29,526 bases of DNA from Verrucomicrobiota bacterium (lineage in GTDB: Bacteria > Verrucomicrobiota > Lentisphaeria > Lentisphaerales > Lentisphaeraceae), in NCBI GenBank assembly GCA_039798785.1, contig JBDKFG010000064.1, forward strand, positions 1 to 29,526. Direction: 5' to 3'. Both the position numbers and the translations under genes were made by a program. Below are positions 8,404 to 17,052 of the stretch, one piece after another (the stretch's first letter is position 1; the number at the start of each line of letters is the position of its first letter). The notes beneath the pieces were generated by a model. It made no database searches. It saw only the letters and a list, made by a program, of their open reading frames with translations, and was not told where the DNA came from.

Positions 8404-9513
8404 ATGAACTTCCTCGACGAGCCCGCCGCGATTTCCGATTTCCTCCGTTCCCTCCATGGCGCCCCCGCCATCGCGGTCGACACCGAATTCATGTGGCAAC
8501 ACACCTACCGCCCGATCCCGGCGCTGCTGCAGTTCTCAGCCGCCGGACGCACCGCCTTGATCGATGCTACCCGGCTTGAGGATGCCGCGGCCCTTCGCCT
8601 CCTCCTCGAGGATCGCGACACCCTGAAGATCCTGCATTCCTGCGAACAGGATCTGTTGGTCTTCCATATGCTTTGCGGCGGACGCATCAGCCCGGTCTTC
8701 GACACCCAGGTCGCCCACGCCTTCTCCGGAGGCCCTCTGCAAGCCTCTTATGCCAAGCTCGCCTCCGAGCTCCTCGGCGTTACCATCGAGAAAGACGAAC
8801 AGAACTCCGACTGGCTCCGCCGCCCCCTCTCCGACAAACAGCTGGCCTACGCGGCCAATGACGTACTCCACCTCGAAGCCGCCCAGGCCGCCCTGGTGAT
8901 GCGCCTCAAGGAGTCCGGACGGGCCTCCTGGTTCAAGGAGGAGTCCCGCCGCTTCGACACCGCCGAGATCTACAACAACGACAAGCCCGAAGACACCTGG
9001 CTGAAGCTCAGTTTCGCCCCATTCCTCGCCCGCAAGGACCAGCCCCTCGCCCTCGAACTTTGCGCCTGGCGCGAACGCACCGCCCGCAAGGTCGACCTGC
9101 GTCCCCGGCGCCTTCTCACCGACGATCAGATCGGCGACATCCTCCGTCATCGTCCCGCCACCCTGCAGGCCCTGGCTCAGACGCCGGAAATCCACGACAA
9201 GGTTTTGAAGCGCCACGGCGCCGAGATCCTCGCCGTCCTCGACGCGGCCGCCAAGATGCCGCTCGACAATCTGCCGCCGCTGCCACTTTCCGACCGCATC
9301 GACAAGACGATGAAGGAGAAGTTCGACGCCTTCGCCAAGGACGTCGATGCCGCCGCGGTCGAGGTGAAGCTTGACTCCTCCTTGCTCGCTTCACGCGGCC
9401 GACTTCGCGCCGCGATGGCCGCCTGGCTGGCCGGCCAGCCCTACGCCGAACCTCAAGGTTGGCGCGCCGAAATCCTGATGCCAGTCTATCAGAAGCACCT
9501 GCCGCGGAACTGA
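8404..9513 (+). CDS. rnd: Ribonuclease D
   Basis: DEDDy motifs AVDTEF, KILHSCEQDL, FDTQVA, SDWLRRPL and YAANDV, followed by an HRDC-like region (WRERTARKVD...LTD). Confidence 0.9.
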   Translation: MNFLDEPAAISDFLRSLHGAPAIAVDTEFMWQHTYRPIPALLQFSAAGRTALIDATRLEDAAALRLLLEDRDTLKILHSCEQDLLVFHMLCGGRISPVFDTQVAHAFSGGPLQASYAKLASELLGVTIEKDEQNSDWLRRPLSDKQLAYAANDVLHLEAAQAALVMRLKESGRASWFKEESRRFDTAEIYNNDKPEDTWLKLSFAPFLARKDQPLALELCAWRERTARKVDLRPRRLLTDDQIGDILRHRPATLQALAQTPEIHDKVLKRHGAEILAVLDAAAKMPLDNLPPLPLSDRIDKTMKEKFDAFAKDVDAAAVEVKLDSSLLASRGRLRAAMAAWLAGQPYAEPQGWRAEILMPVYQKHLPRN

Positions 9514-9516
9514 TCG

Positions 9517-9569
9517 CTAAGAAAACGCAGGTTGTGAGTTAACAAGGTTGAACCTTCCAACCTTTCAAC
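9517..9569. repeat. Short copy of the 211-400 element arms
   Basis: AACCTTCCAACCTTTCAAC (9551-9569) matches 370-388 at 18/19. CTAAGAAAACGCAGGTTG (9517-9534) resembles the left arm. Internal hairpin AAGGTTG...CAACCTT. Confidence 0.5.
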
Positions 9570-9591
9570 CGGTGGGACTGGAGTCACGTCG

Positions 9592-11658
9592 ATGAACGAA
9601 GAGGCTTTGATCCGTCGACGCATCGGCATCCACGTCTGCGGCTTGACCTGGGTGATTTACACTCTCTGCCTCGGCTTTTTCGAGCCCGACCTGAAGCTGG
9701 GCTGCTGGTCGCAGATCGGCTTGGGCCTCGGGCTCGGGCTGCTGCTGGGCTGGGTGATGAGTCTCGAGCCCTGCTCGGGCTGGATCGCCAAGCCGCCCGG
9801 AGGCCGTTTCTTCGTCGCCTGGCAGCTCGAGAACCAATGGGTCATCCTCGCCTCCTGGCTGGCGGCGGCTCTGTGCTGCGATGGCATCCTCTGCCACTTG
9901 CGCGGGGGTGAGAAACTCGTCGCGCTGCTCGCCGGGCCTTTGATCGCACTGCTGTTCTCGGGGATCCTGGTGCCCGGACTCCTGCGGCTCAAGCCGGATA
10001 TCCATCCCTGGGCGGTCCTTTTGCCGGGTGGTACTTGGCTCGCCCTGAGCCTCCTTAATTATGCGGATCCATTTCCGCTGTTCCTGATCGCGATCCTCTT
10101 CTCCCTGGCCTTGACGGAGTGCCTGCCGCGGGGAGGCTTGTCGACGCAAGCCTTGCTGGCCAGCCTGGCGGTTTTGGTCTTGGTCAGCTTTGCCGCGTTG
10201 TTTCTTGTCGAGCAAATGCCGTATTTTTGGATTTCCTGCGCTTGTCTTCTCGGCGCGGGCGCGCTGCTGCTGCGCTTCCCTTGGCTGTGGCCCACGCAGT
10301 TTCTTGCTCGCTTCCATCTCAGTTCGCGGGAATGGCTGGCCGCTTGGCTGCCGACACTGGCGCTGCTGCCGCACCTGGAGCGAGCAGCTGTCTTGGTACC
10401 CCTGGGCTCCTGGCTCTTGATCGCGTTGGCACGATTGTGGTGTCTTCTTCCTCTTTGGAGTCGTCGCGGCCTGAAGCTCGCCGCTCTCGGGATATTTATT
10501 GCCGGGTCGATCGACGACTCCGCTCCGCTCGTGCCGGAATGGTTGCGGGTGCCGCAAGAGCTGCCCTACCGGGATCCGCGCAATACCGCGCCGCGCCTCG
10601 CCGAGGACCTGGCCGGGCTGAAGAGGGATTTCCCTTACGAGTCGCAAAGAGATGCGGTTAGCAAGACCGAGATCTGGCGCCGCTGCGTCGAGGAAAACGC
10701 CCATTGGGCGCAGACCGAAGCCGCCGTTGATCGGGCCTTGGCCGCCCCCCTGTTCTGCACCTGGGACAAGCCGCCTCATCAACCCGCTCTGCCGAAGCCC
10801 TATTTCTACGAGTACCCGCAGCCGGCGACTGATCTCTACCGCCCGATCAGCATTTTGGATTCATGGGCCAGGGCCGCCGTCGAAGAAAAGGACTTGGATT
10901 CCTTGATCATTCTGTCGCGGATCCGGATGAAGCTGGGGCGGCTCCTGCAGCAGAAAGACGCCGCGGCCCTTTTTTCCAGTGATTATTGCCGCTGCGATCT
11001 CGGCGGCCTCGCCCTTCTCAGCCCGGACGCCACTCCGGCTCAGATCGCGGCTTTGCGCAGCCTGCTGGAGATCCTGCCCTCGGAGCAGGAATTGCTGGAG
11101 CTCCAGCTGCGCAAAAGCACCTTCCACTTCCTGCAATATCATCAGATGATGGAAGCCGGGCGCTTTGAAAACTATATCCGGCCGGACGAGCGCTTCCTCG
11201 GCAAGATTCTCTGCAACTCCTGGTCCTGGCATCCGCAGGAAAGCCTCCGGCGGAAAATTGCCGAAGTCGAGCTCTTGCGGAGTCAATTCCCGCAGCTTCC
11301 CGGCGAGCCGCGCCGGCTCCAACCGGCCGAGGTCTTGCGGCCGAATTTCACCGGAAAGATGCTGTTGCAGCAGACTAATGAAGCCAGCTGGATTCTGACG
11401 CGTCAGCGCAATCACCGCCGCGCGCTTGCCCTCATTCTCGCGCAGCGATCCCAGAAGCTCGCGACCGGGAAAACCCCGATGCGGGTCGAGGCGATCCTGC
11501 CGGAATTCCGCCCGGTTGAACTGCGCAATGCCGCAGGGCAAAGGATGGAGCTCGATCCGGAGAATCGCGGCGTGGTGATCCTCAATCCCGGCCAGAAGTT
11601 TCTCGAACGCTGGCCGTATCGTCCCTTCGATCCCGATGCCATTCCCTACAGCGATTAA
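9592..11658 (+). CDS. Hypothetical multi-pass membrane protein with a large soluble C-terminal domain
   Basis: 688-aa ORF with GGAG upstream. The N-terminal ~300 aa carry many hydrophobic segments; the C-terminus is helical and polar. Confidence 0.7.
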   Translation: MNEEALIRRRIGIHVCGLTWVIYTLCLGFFEPDLKLGCWSQIGLGLGLGLLLGWVMSLEPCSGWIAKPPGGRFFVAWQLENQWVILASWLAAALCCDGILCHLRGGEKLVALLAGPLIALLFSGILVPGLLRLKPDIHPWAVLLPGGTWLALSLLNYADPFPLFLIAILFSLALTECLPRGGLSTQALLASLAVLVLVSFAALFLVEQMPYFWISCACLLGAGALLLRFPWLWPTQFLARFHLSSREWLAAWLPTLALLPHLERAAVLVPLGSWLLIALARLWCLLPLWSRRGLKLAALGIFIAGSIDDSAPLVPEWLRVPQELPYRDPRNTAPRLAEDLAGLKRDFPYESQRDAVSKTEIWRRCVEENAHWAQTEAAVDRALAAPLFCTWDKPPHQPALPKPYFYEYPQPATDLYRPISILDSWARAAVEEKDLDSLIILSRIRMKLGRLLQQKDAAALFSSDYCRCDLGGLALLSPDATPAQIAALRSLLEILPSEQELLELQLRKSTFHFLQYHQMMEAGRFENYIRPDERFLGKILCNSWSWHPQESLRRKIAEVELLRSQFPQLPGEPRRLQPAEVLRPNFTGKMLLQQTNEASWILTRQRNHRRALALILAQRSQKLATGKTPMRVEAILPEFRPVELRNAAGQRMELDPENRGVVILNPGQKFLERWPYRPFDPDAIPYSD

Positions 11659-11714
11659 CGCCTGCTGGTGGAACCGCGAATCTGAAGAGGAAACGAGGAA
11701 TTTCTGGGCGCGAC

Positions 11715-11742
11715 TGTAAGAAAGGGGCGGCTTCCGGCGTCT
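11715..11742 (+). promoter_or_regulatory. Possible ECF-sigma promoter upstream of ecotin
   Basis: TGTAAG-N17-CGTCT upstream of the RBS AAGGAG. Confidence 0.3.
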
Positions 11743-11778
11743 CAGCCGCGCCCCTCAAATTGAAAAGGAGATCCAGCC

Positions 11779-12279
11779 ATGCGCCTAGCCCTCAGTCTCG
11801 CCGCCGCCGTCCTCTGCCTTTCCCTCGGCGCAGCCGAGGAAAACCGCCCGGCGGCACCGGAAAGCGTCACGGCTCCGGCCAAAGACGTCCAGATGTTCCC
11901 CGCTGCGAAGGAAGGCTACAAACAGGTGGTCATCCGCCTGCCGGAACTCAAGGACGAGGCATCGGTCGAAATCATCGCCCGCAAGACCGCGATGGTCGAC
12001 GGCGTCAACCACCATTCCTTCGGCGGCAAACTCAAGGAATGCAATCTCCAGGGCTGGGGCTACAACTACTATGAAATGGAAGTCAGCCCGCACTGCATGA
12101 GCACCCGCATGGCCGGCTCGCCGGAGGACATGAAGCCGCGTCCGGTGGCGGTGCCGGTCCATGGCGAAGGCTTCCGAGGGCTGCGCTACAATCATCGGCT
12201 CCCACTGGTCGTCTACGTTCCCAAGGATGTCGAAGTCAGCTACCGCGTTTGGAGCCCCGGCCCCGAAACCCGCCCCTGA
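11779..12279 (+). CDS. eco: Ecotin family serine protease inhibitor
   Basis: Signal peptide, then MFPAAKEGYKQVVIRLP, LQGWGYNYY, STRMA and LRYNHRLPLVVYVPKDVEVSYRVW. Strong RBS AAGGAG. Confidence 0.9.
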   Translation: MRLALSLAAAVLCLSLGAAEENRPAAPESVTAPAKDVQMFPAAKEGYKQVVIRLPELKDEASVEIIARKTAMVDGVNHHSFGGKLKECNLQGWGYNYYEMEVSPHCMSTRMAGSPEDMKPRPVAVPVHGEGFRGLRYNHRLPLVVYVPKDVEVSYRVWSPGPETRP

Positions 12280-12339
12280 CGGTGCTAGCCGCTTCGAGGC
12301 TTTTTGCCAGGCTTCCGGGGTTTGCGCTTCATTGATTTC

Positions 12340-12384
12340 TGACATCGTCTGGGGTGGATTCCCTGGGCGATGTCACTTTGTTTT
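12340..12384 (+). terminator. Intrinsic terminator after ecotin
   Basis: 15-bp stem TGACATCGTCTGGGG/CCCTGGGCGATGTCA (three G-U pairs on the + strand) followed by CTTTGTTTT. Confidence 0.55.
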
Positions 12385-12462
12385 CAGGTTTTTCTCCCGA
12401 AGGTGAGTTCCGGAGCCTGAGACGGGCGTATTTTATGACTCAAGCATCAACACGGAGTCACC

Positions 12463-12984
12463 ATGTCTAGTCAACTCAACATCATTGGCCTCGCCGCCAG
12501 CCCCGAGGCGAAACTGCTGCTCAAGCAGATCTGCGACTGCGAACTCGGAGCTCTGCTTGAGGGACATCCTCGGGCGCTTTCCTTCTTCACCGCATCGCGC
12601 CGTCAGCAGCGCCAAAGCTTGCGGGAAGAGGCCCGCCGCTTCGCCGAGCGTCAAATCCAGCGGCTGCGATTGCGCTGCCGCGACAACCCGCGCCTGATCG
12701 ACAATTCCGATGTCATCGACGAGTTCCTTGACGAAGCAGGGGAGGTCCTGGCCTTGGGGGAAACGCCCGAGTCGTCGCACCCCTGTCTCGTCCTCGACGA
12801 CAGCGCAGTCATCGCGACTCCCGGTCTGGCCGCCGTCCTCGGGGTGAATCTGCTGCTTGAGGCTGATGCCCGCAGCATACGCGGAGCCTGCCTGCGCCAC
12901 CCTGCCGCGACTCCTCCCGCTCCGGAGCTGCTCGAGGAGCTCCGCCGCTATCTGCCCAAGCTCCGACTCGAACCCCAATCCTGA
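12463..12984 (+). CDS. Hypothetical protein
   Basis: 173-aa ORF with GGAG RBS and host-like codon usage, ending 9 bp before the thiolase. No recognised motif. Confidence 0.6.
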   Translation: MSSQLNIIGLAASPEAKLLLKQICDCELGALLEGHPRALSFFTASRRQQRQSLREEARRFAERQIQRLRLRCRDNPRLIDNSDVIDEFLDEAGEVLALGETPESSHPCLVLDDSAVIATPGLAAVLGVNLLLEADARSIRGACLRHPAATPPAPELLEELRRYLPKLRLEPQS

Positions 12985-12993
12985 GGTAGCCTC

Positions 12994-14202
12994 ATGCGCA
13001 TTTTCGCCACCGCCGGCCATTACACCGTCGCCATGGGCAGCGGACGCCCGGAATTCCGTCCCGGGGCAGAGCCTGCTCCGCTTGAGGATTATCTCCGGGA
13101 GAGCGCCCAAGCCACCCTGGCAGCAGCCGGGGATCAATTCGACGAAGGAGTCATCGGCAACTTCATGGCCAGCCGCTTCGTCCGCCAGGGCCATCTCGGC
13201 GGCTTTCTTCCCGCCGTCGTGCCGTCGCTGCTTGGGCGTCCCTGCCGGCGCGTCGAGGGCGCTTGCAGTTCCGGCGGGCTAGCCATCGCCGAGGCCTGGC
13301 GCGCGCTCAAATCAGGAGAGGCGCAAAGCGTCTTCGTCGCCGGCGTCGAGATCCAAAACTCGGTCAAGGCCTTGTATTGCGCCGACATTCTCGCCGGGGC
13401 CGCCTGGTTTCGCGGCATGCGCAAGGAGGGTCATGCCTACTTCTTCCCCGATCTGTTTTCGCAGCGGGCCGGCGCCTATGCCGCCCGTCACGGTGCCGAG
13501 TCGACCCGGCGCGGCCTTGCCCGGTGGTATGAAAACGCCATTCTCAATGCCCGGACCTGTCCGGAAGCGCAAGAGTACCATAACAAGAATCCCGATCTTC
13601 TTGCCACTGGCCTGGCGCTTCCCGATCCCAAGGTCTTCCTTGAGCATCTCACCCTCAGTGACTGCTCCAAGGTCTCCGACGGGGCCGCATCGATCGCCTT
13701 GATGACTGAAGAGGAAGCCAAGCGTCGCGGCATCGATCCCGCCGAGTGTCTCGAAATTCTTTCTTTCGGGGGCGCCACCGGCGACATCACCCAGGCGCCA
13801 CCCGACTTGACCAGGATGAGCCACAGCGGCATCGCCGCCCGCCGCGCCCTCGACACCGCGGGAATCTCCCCTTCTCAGCTCGCCATCGCCGAACTCCACG
13901 ACTGTTTCAGCATCACAGGCCTGCTTCTTCTCGAGGCCGTCGGACTGTGTTCCGACGGGCAAGCGCCGCAGTCTCTGGAGGATGGACTCGGACGCACTCA
14001 TGGACCTCGACTCAACCGCTCCGGCGGACTGATCGGCTACGGCCATCCCACAGGAGCCACCGGCGTCCGCCAGCTGGTCGACCTGTGGAAGCAGCTCTGC
14101 GACCCCACTTCCAAGCTCTCCAAGCCCTTCGGCCTGATGGTCTCGATGGGCGGAAACGACATCAGCGCCAGCGCCTTCGTCGTCAAAAACGCCGCGGACT
14201 GA
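12994..14202 (+). CDS. Thiolase, SCP2-thiolase type (acetyl-CoA acyltransferase)
   Basis: VEGACSSGG (catalytic CxS), CSKVSDGAA, ELHDCF and GHPTGATG. No C-terminal CxG motif (SMGG instead). Confidence 0.85.
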   Translation: MRIFATAGHYTVAMGSGRPEFRPGAEPAPLEDYLRESAQATLAAAGDQFDEGVIGNFMASRFVRQGHLGGFLPAVVPSLLGRPCRRVEGACSSGGLAIAEAWRALKSGEAQSVFVAGVEIQNSVKALYCADILAGAAWFRGMRKEGHAYFFPDLFSQRAGAYAARHGAESTRRGLARWYENAILNARTCPEAQEYHNKNPDLLATGLALPDPKVFLEHLTLSDCSKVSDGAASIALMTEEEAKRRGIDPAECLEILSFGGATGDITQAPPDLTRMSHSGIAARRALDTAGISPSQLAIAELHDCFSITGLLLLEAVGLCSDGQAPQSLEDGLGRTHGPRLNRSGGLIGYGHPTGATGVRQLVDLWKQLCDPTSKLSKPFGLMVSMGGNDISASAFVVKNAAD

Positions 14203-14502
14203 GCTCGCGAGGGCGACTCGATGCAGGATGGGCGCCAAGAAAGACGAGGCGTCGGAGCGCCTTGTCGTTTTGCCATCTTTACGGGGCGCACTCCACGACC
14301 CGTGGGAGTCGCAGGCTTAGCTGATCTGGGCATCGGACTGCCGAGGAGCCGCATGTGGCTGGACAAGCTCGACATGGAAGCGCAACTTAGCCAAGTCGTA
14401 ACACAGCCTTGGCCCCTCCTCTCCGGCGCATCCAACCGGCGGCGCCAAGGAACTGAAGCTGGGATCCTCAACTCAAATCACTGAAATTCACCAGGTTTAC
14501 GG

Positions 14503-14976
14503 ATGGACATACGCCCAGTCGACACCTCGAATCTATCCGTCTACCGTCAGCTCGCGCAAGCCTACGAAGCGGAGTTCTCCCCTTTGACCGGAAAGTACCC
14601 GGGAGAAGACGGCGTCTTTCTACTTGACACTCCCATCGACGCAGATCATCTCGGCTGGCTGCTTTACGAGCGAGACCGGCCGGTGGGCCTGGCTGCGCTC
14701 GGGCGCCGAGCCGGCGGCTGGGAGGTCTGCGAATTCTACATCCTGCCGCTCTGCCGCGGGCGCTCGCTCGGCTGCGACTTCATTCATCAGCTCTGGCGCC
14801 GCTACCCAGGCATGTGGCAGATCAAACAGATCGCCGGAGCCGAACTGGCCAGCCGCTTCTGGCGCCGCTGCCTCACCTCCTATCCGGTCGCCTTCGTCGA
14901 GGATATCTACGAAGACTGCTATTGGGGACGAGTCACCCGCCAATGTTTCAGCATCGCGGCGTCCCCGGAGACCTGA
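14503..14976 (+). CDS. GNAT family N-acetyltransferase
   Basis: EVCEFYILPLCRGRSLG (motif A), then YPGMWQIKQI...ASRFWRR. Confidence 0.8.
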   Translation: MDIRPVDTSNLSVYRQLAQAYEAEFSPLTGKYPGEDGVFLLDTPIDADHLGWLLYERDRPVGLAALGRRAGGWEVCEFYILPLCRGRSLGCDFIHQLWRRYPGMWQIKQIAGAELASRFWRRCLTSYPVAFVEDIYEDCYWGRVTRQCFSIAASPET

Positions 14977-14979
14977 GCC

Positions 14980-15771
14980 ATGCCCGAACGCTTCACGGAG
15001 GAGCGGCTCCGGGCGCCCGCGCTGAGCATGAGCGACGTGGCGGCGCAATTGCGGCATTTCGTCCTGCTCACCTATGCCGTCGATCCGGAACGAGTCCGTC
15101 CTTACGTCGACGAATCCTTCGATCTGGACTGCTATCTTGACGCAGCGGGTCGCCGCAAGGTCTGGGTCTCCGCCGTCCCGTTCGAGGATCAGGATTTCCA
15201 CTTCCATGGCCTTCCCTGGTGGCGCTTCCGTTTCGGCCAGACCAATTACCGCACCTACGTGATCGAGCGACGCAGCGGCCGCCGCTGCGTCTGGTTCTTC
15301 GGCACCGTCCTCGATTCCTGGACACGCTTGATTCCACGTCATTTCTGGAAACTCCCCTGGCACTCGGGCAGGATTCAGTTCGACACCGATTTCGACGAAA
15401 CTTCCGGCCGCTATCGCCGCTATCGCATGAACTGCCAGGGCGAATGGGCAGCGGCAGAACTCGAGCTTGAGGATCTCGGCGAAGAAATTTCATCGATAGA
15501 TGGATTCGACGATCTCGAGAGCTCTTTGGTGATCCTTACACATCCCCTGACCGGCTTCTATCGCCGTCGGGACGGCCTCCTCGGTAGCTACTCGATCTGG
15601 CACCCGCGACTGGCCATGAATCGATGCCGCCTTGTCTCCGCCCGCTTCGAGCTGCTACATCGGCTCGGCCTGGTGAACTTCGAGGAGCAAAAGCAGGTTC
15701 ACAGTCTGCTGATCCAGCGGGAATGTCTCTTCCACATCCATCTTCCGCCCCGCCGCCTCGCCTCCCCTTGA
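14980..15771 (+). CDS. DUF2071 (YqjF-like) domain protein
   Basis: YAVDPERVRPYV...FDLD, WVSAVPF, FGQTNYRTYV, CVWFF and IWHP pattern. Confidence 0.7.
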   Translation: MPERFTEERLRAPALSMSDVAAQLRHFVLLTYAVDPERVRPYVDESFDLDCYLDAAGRRKVWVSAVPFEDQDFHFHGLPWWRFRFGQTNYRTYVIERRSGRRCVWFFGTVLDSWTRLIPRHFWKLPWHSGRIQFDTDFDETSGRYRRYRMNCQGEWAAAELELEDLGEEISSIDGFDDLESSLVILTHPLTGFYRRRDGLLGSYSIWHPRLAMNRCRLVSARFELLHRLGLVNFEEQKQVHSLLIQRECLFHIHLPPRRLASP

Positions 15772-15897
15772 GCCAGGATCGAGCCTAGAAAAGAGGAATC
15801 CCTTCTGCCTCCGCGTCCCCCGGATCTCAACCGAGCTTGCCTTCCCTGATCTGCCGGGCTTATCTTGATCAAAATCCAACCTACATGAGGCGCATCG

Positions 15898-17052
15898 ATG
15901 TGGTCAATCCTGAACGCCGCCATTCTCCTGAGTGCCGATCCTGCGGCAGAGAACTTTGACGACCCGGCCCTGCCGCCCGGCTGGAGCCACGAGCGCCAGG
16001 AGCTGAAGCGGATGACGGCGCCCTCCGGCGAAAAGCTCCTGGGCCCCCTGGGGCCCGGTCGCCTCAGCCTGCATCGCGACGGCCTGCCGCGGCATCAGGC
16101 GGTCCGGGTCAGCTTCGATCTGTTTTTCGTCGGCTGGTGGGACGGCGCCCTGCTCGGCCTGGACGAGCTCGGGCCGGACGTCTGGAGCTGCGGTCCCCGC
16201 GGCGGGCCAGCCTTGATTTCCGCCACCTTCAACAACACCGGCAAGTCGAGCAAGGACATGTGCTGGCAGAGCTTCCCGGAGAATCATCGCGACGCGATGG
16301 TCGCCGGCCTGCGGCGGCGTCAAGACGGCTACAAGTTCCGCCTGCTCGACGCCTCGGTGCGCGACTTTCTCCACTACTACGGCCGGGGCGCCCTCGACCA
16401 CGGCCATCTCGGTCGCCCCGCCAGCGCCCGGCACGACAACGATTCGCGCTACCGGCTGAGCCTGGTCTTCCGCCACCAGGGCGAATCCCTCGACTTCGAT
16501 TTCGGCGGCGATTACCGGCACGGCCTCGGCCGGCAGTGGTACGGCATCGACCGGGTCCAGGTCGAAACCCTGGCGGAAATCCCGCCCTTGAGCCCGGCCG
16601 CGGAAGCCAGCCTCTGGCTCGACCTGCTCGGAGACTCGTCGGAAAAGGCGCTGGAGGCGAAGTTCCAACTCGCGCTCCATCCCGATGGGGTTCTCGAGAA
16701 GCTGCTGCGCCGTCAGCCGCGGGCGACGGCTCTGCCTTTGCCGGACCTGCTGGTGGCGCTGCGGCTGCCGCCGGCCTCCTGGCGGGAGGAGCGCCCGAAG
16801 TGGCTCGGCCGCGGCGGCCGCCGCCAGCTCGGCGATCTCCGGCTCCTTGTCGCCGACGAGGACAAGGCTCTGGCCCACCTCGAGGAGCTCATCCAGGCGG
16901 CGGCGCCGCTGCCCGAATGGAACAGCCGCCAGCTCTGGCGCCTCGCTGATCTGCACCGCCTCTGCCAAGAGCCGGGCGGCGCCGAGTACACCCGGGAACT
17001 GGAATCCTTGGCGGTCCTGGCGATGCCTCTGGAGTCGGAGGCGCAGCCATGA
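15898..17052 (+). CDS. Hypothetical exported protein (beta-sandwich N-domain plus helical C-domain)
   Basis: Short hydrophobic N-terminus; VRVSFDLFFVGWWDG...GPDVW...ATFNN...WYGIDRVQV; helical tail. ATGA overlap with the next gene. Confidence 0.7.
   Translation: MWSILNAAILLSADPAAENFDDPALPPGWSHERQELKRMTAPSGEKLLGPLGPGRLSLHRDGLPRHQAVRVSFDLFFVGWWDGALLGLDELGPDVWSCGPRGGPALISATFNNTGKSSKDMCWQSFPENHRDAMVAGLRRRQDGYKFRLLDASVRDFLHYYGRGALDHGHLGRPASARHDNDSRYRLSLVFRHQGESLDFDFGGDYRHGLGRQWYGIDRVQVETLAEIPPLSPAAEASLWLDLLGDSSEKALEAKFQLALHPDGVLEKLLRRQPRATALPLPDLLVALRLPPASWREERPKWLGRGGRRQLGDLRLLVADEDKALAHLEELIQAAAPLPEWNSRQLWRLADLHRLCQEPGGAEYTRELESLAVLAMPLESEAQP

Noticed and set aside
12385..12430. Possible riboswitch upstream of the hypothetical-thiolase genes
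   Set aside because: It lacks the conserved cores of TPP, cobalamin, SAM or FMN riboswitches. The adjacent long stem is explained as a terminator.
14203..14502. 300-bp intergenic stretch with an 87-aa ORF and small hairpins
   Set aside because: No recognisable protein motif, RBS or known RNA motif, so a feature cannot be supported.
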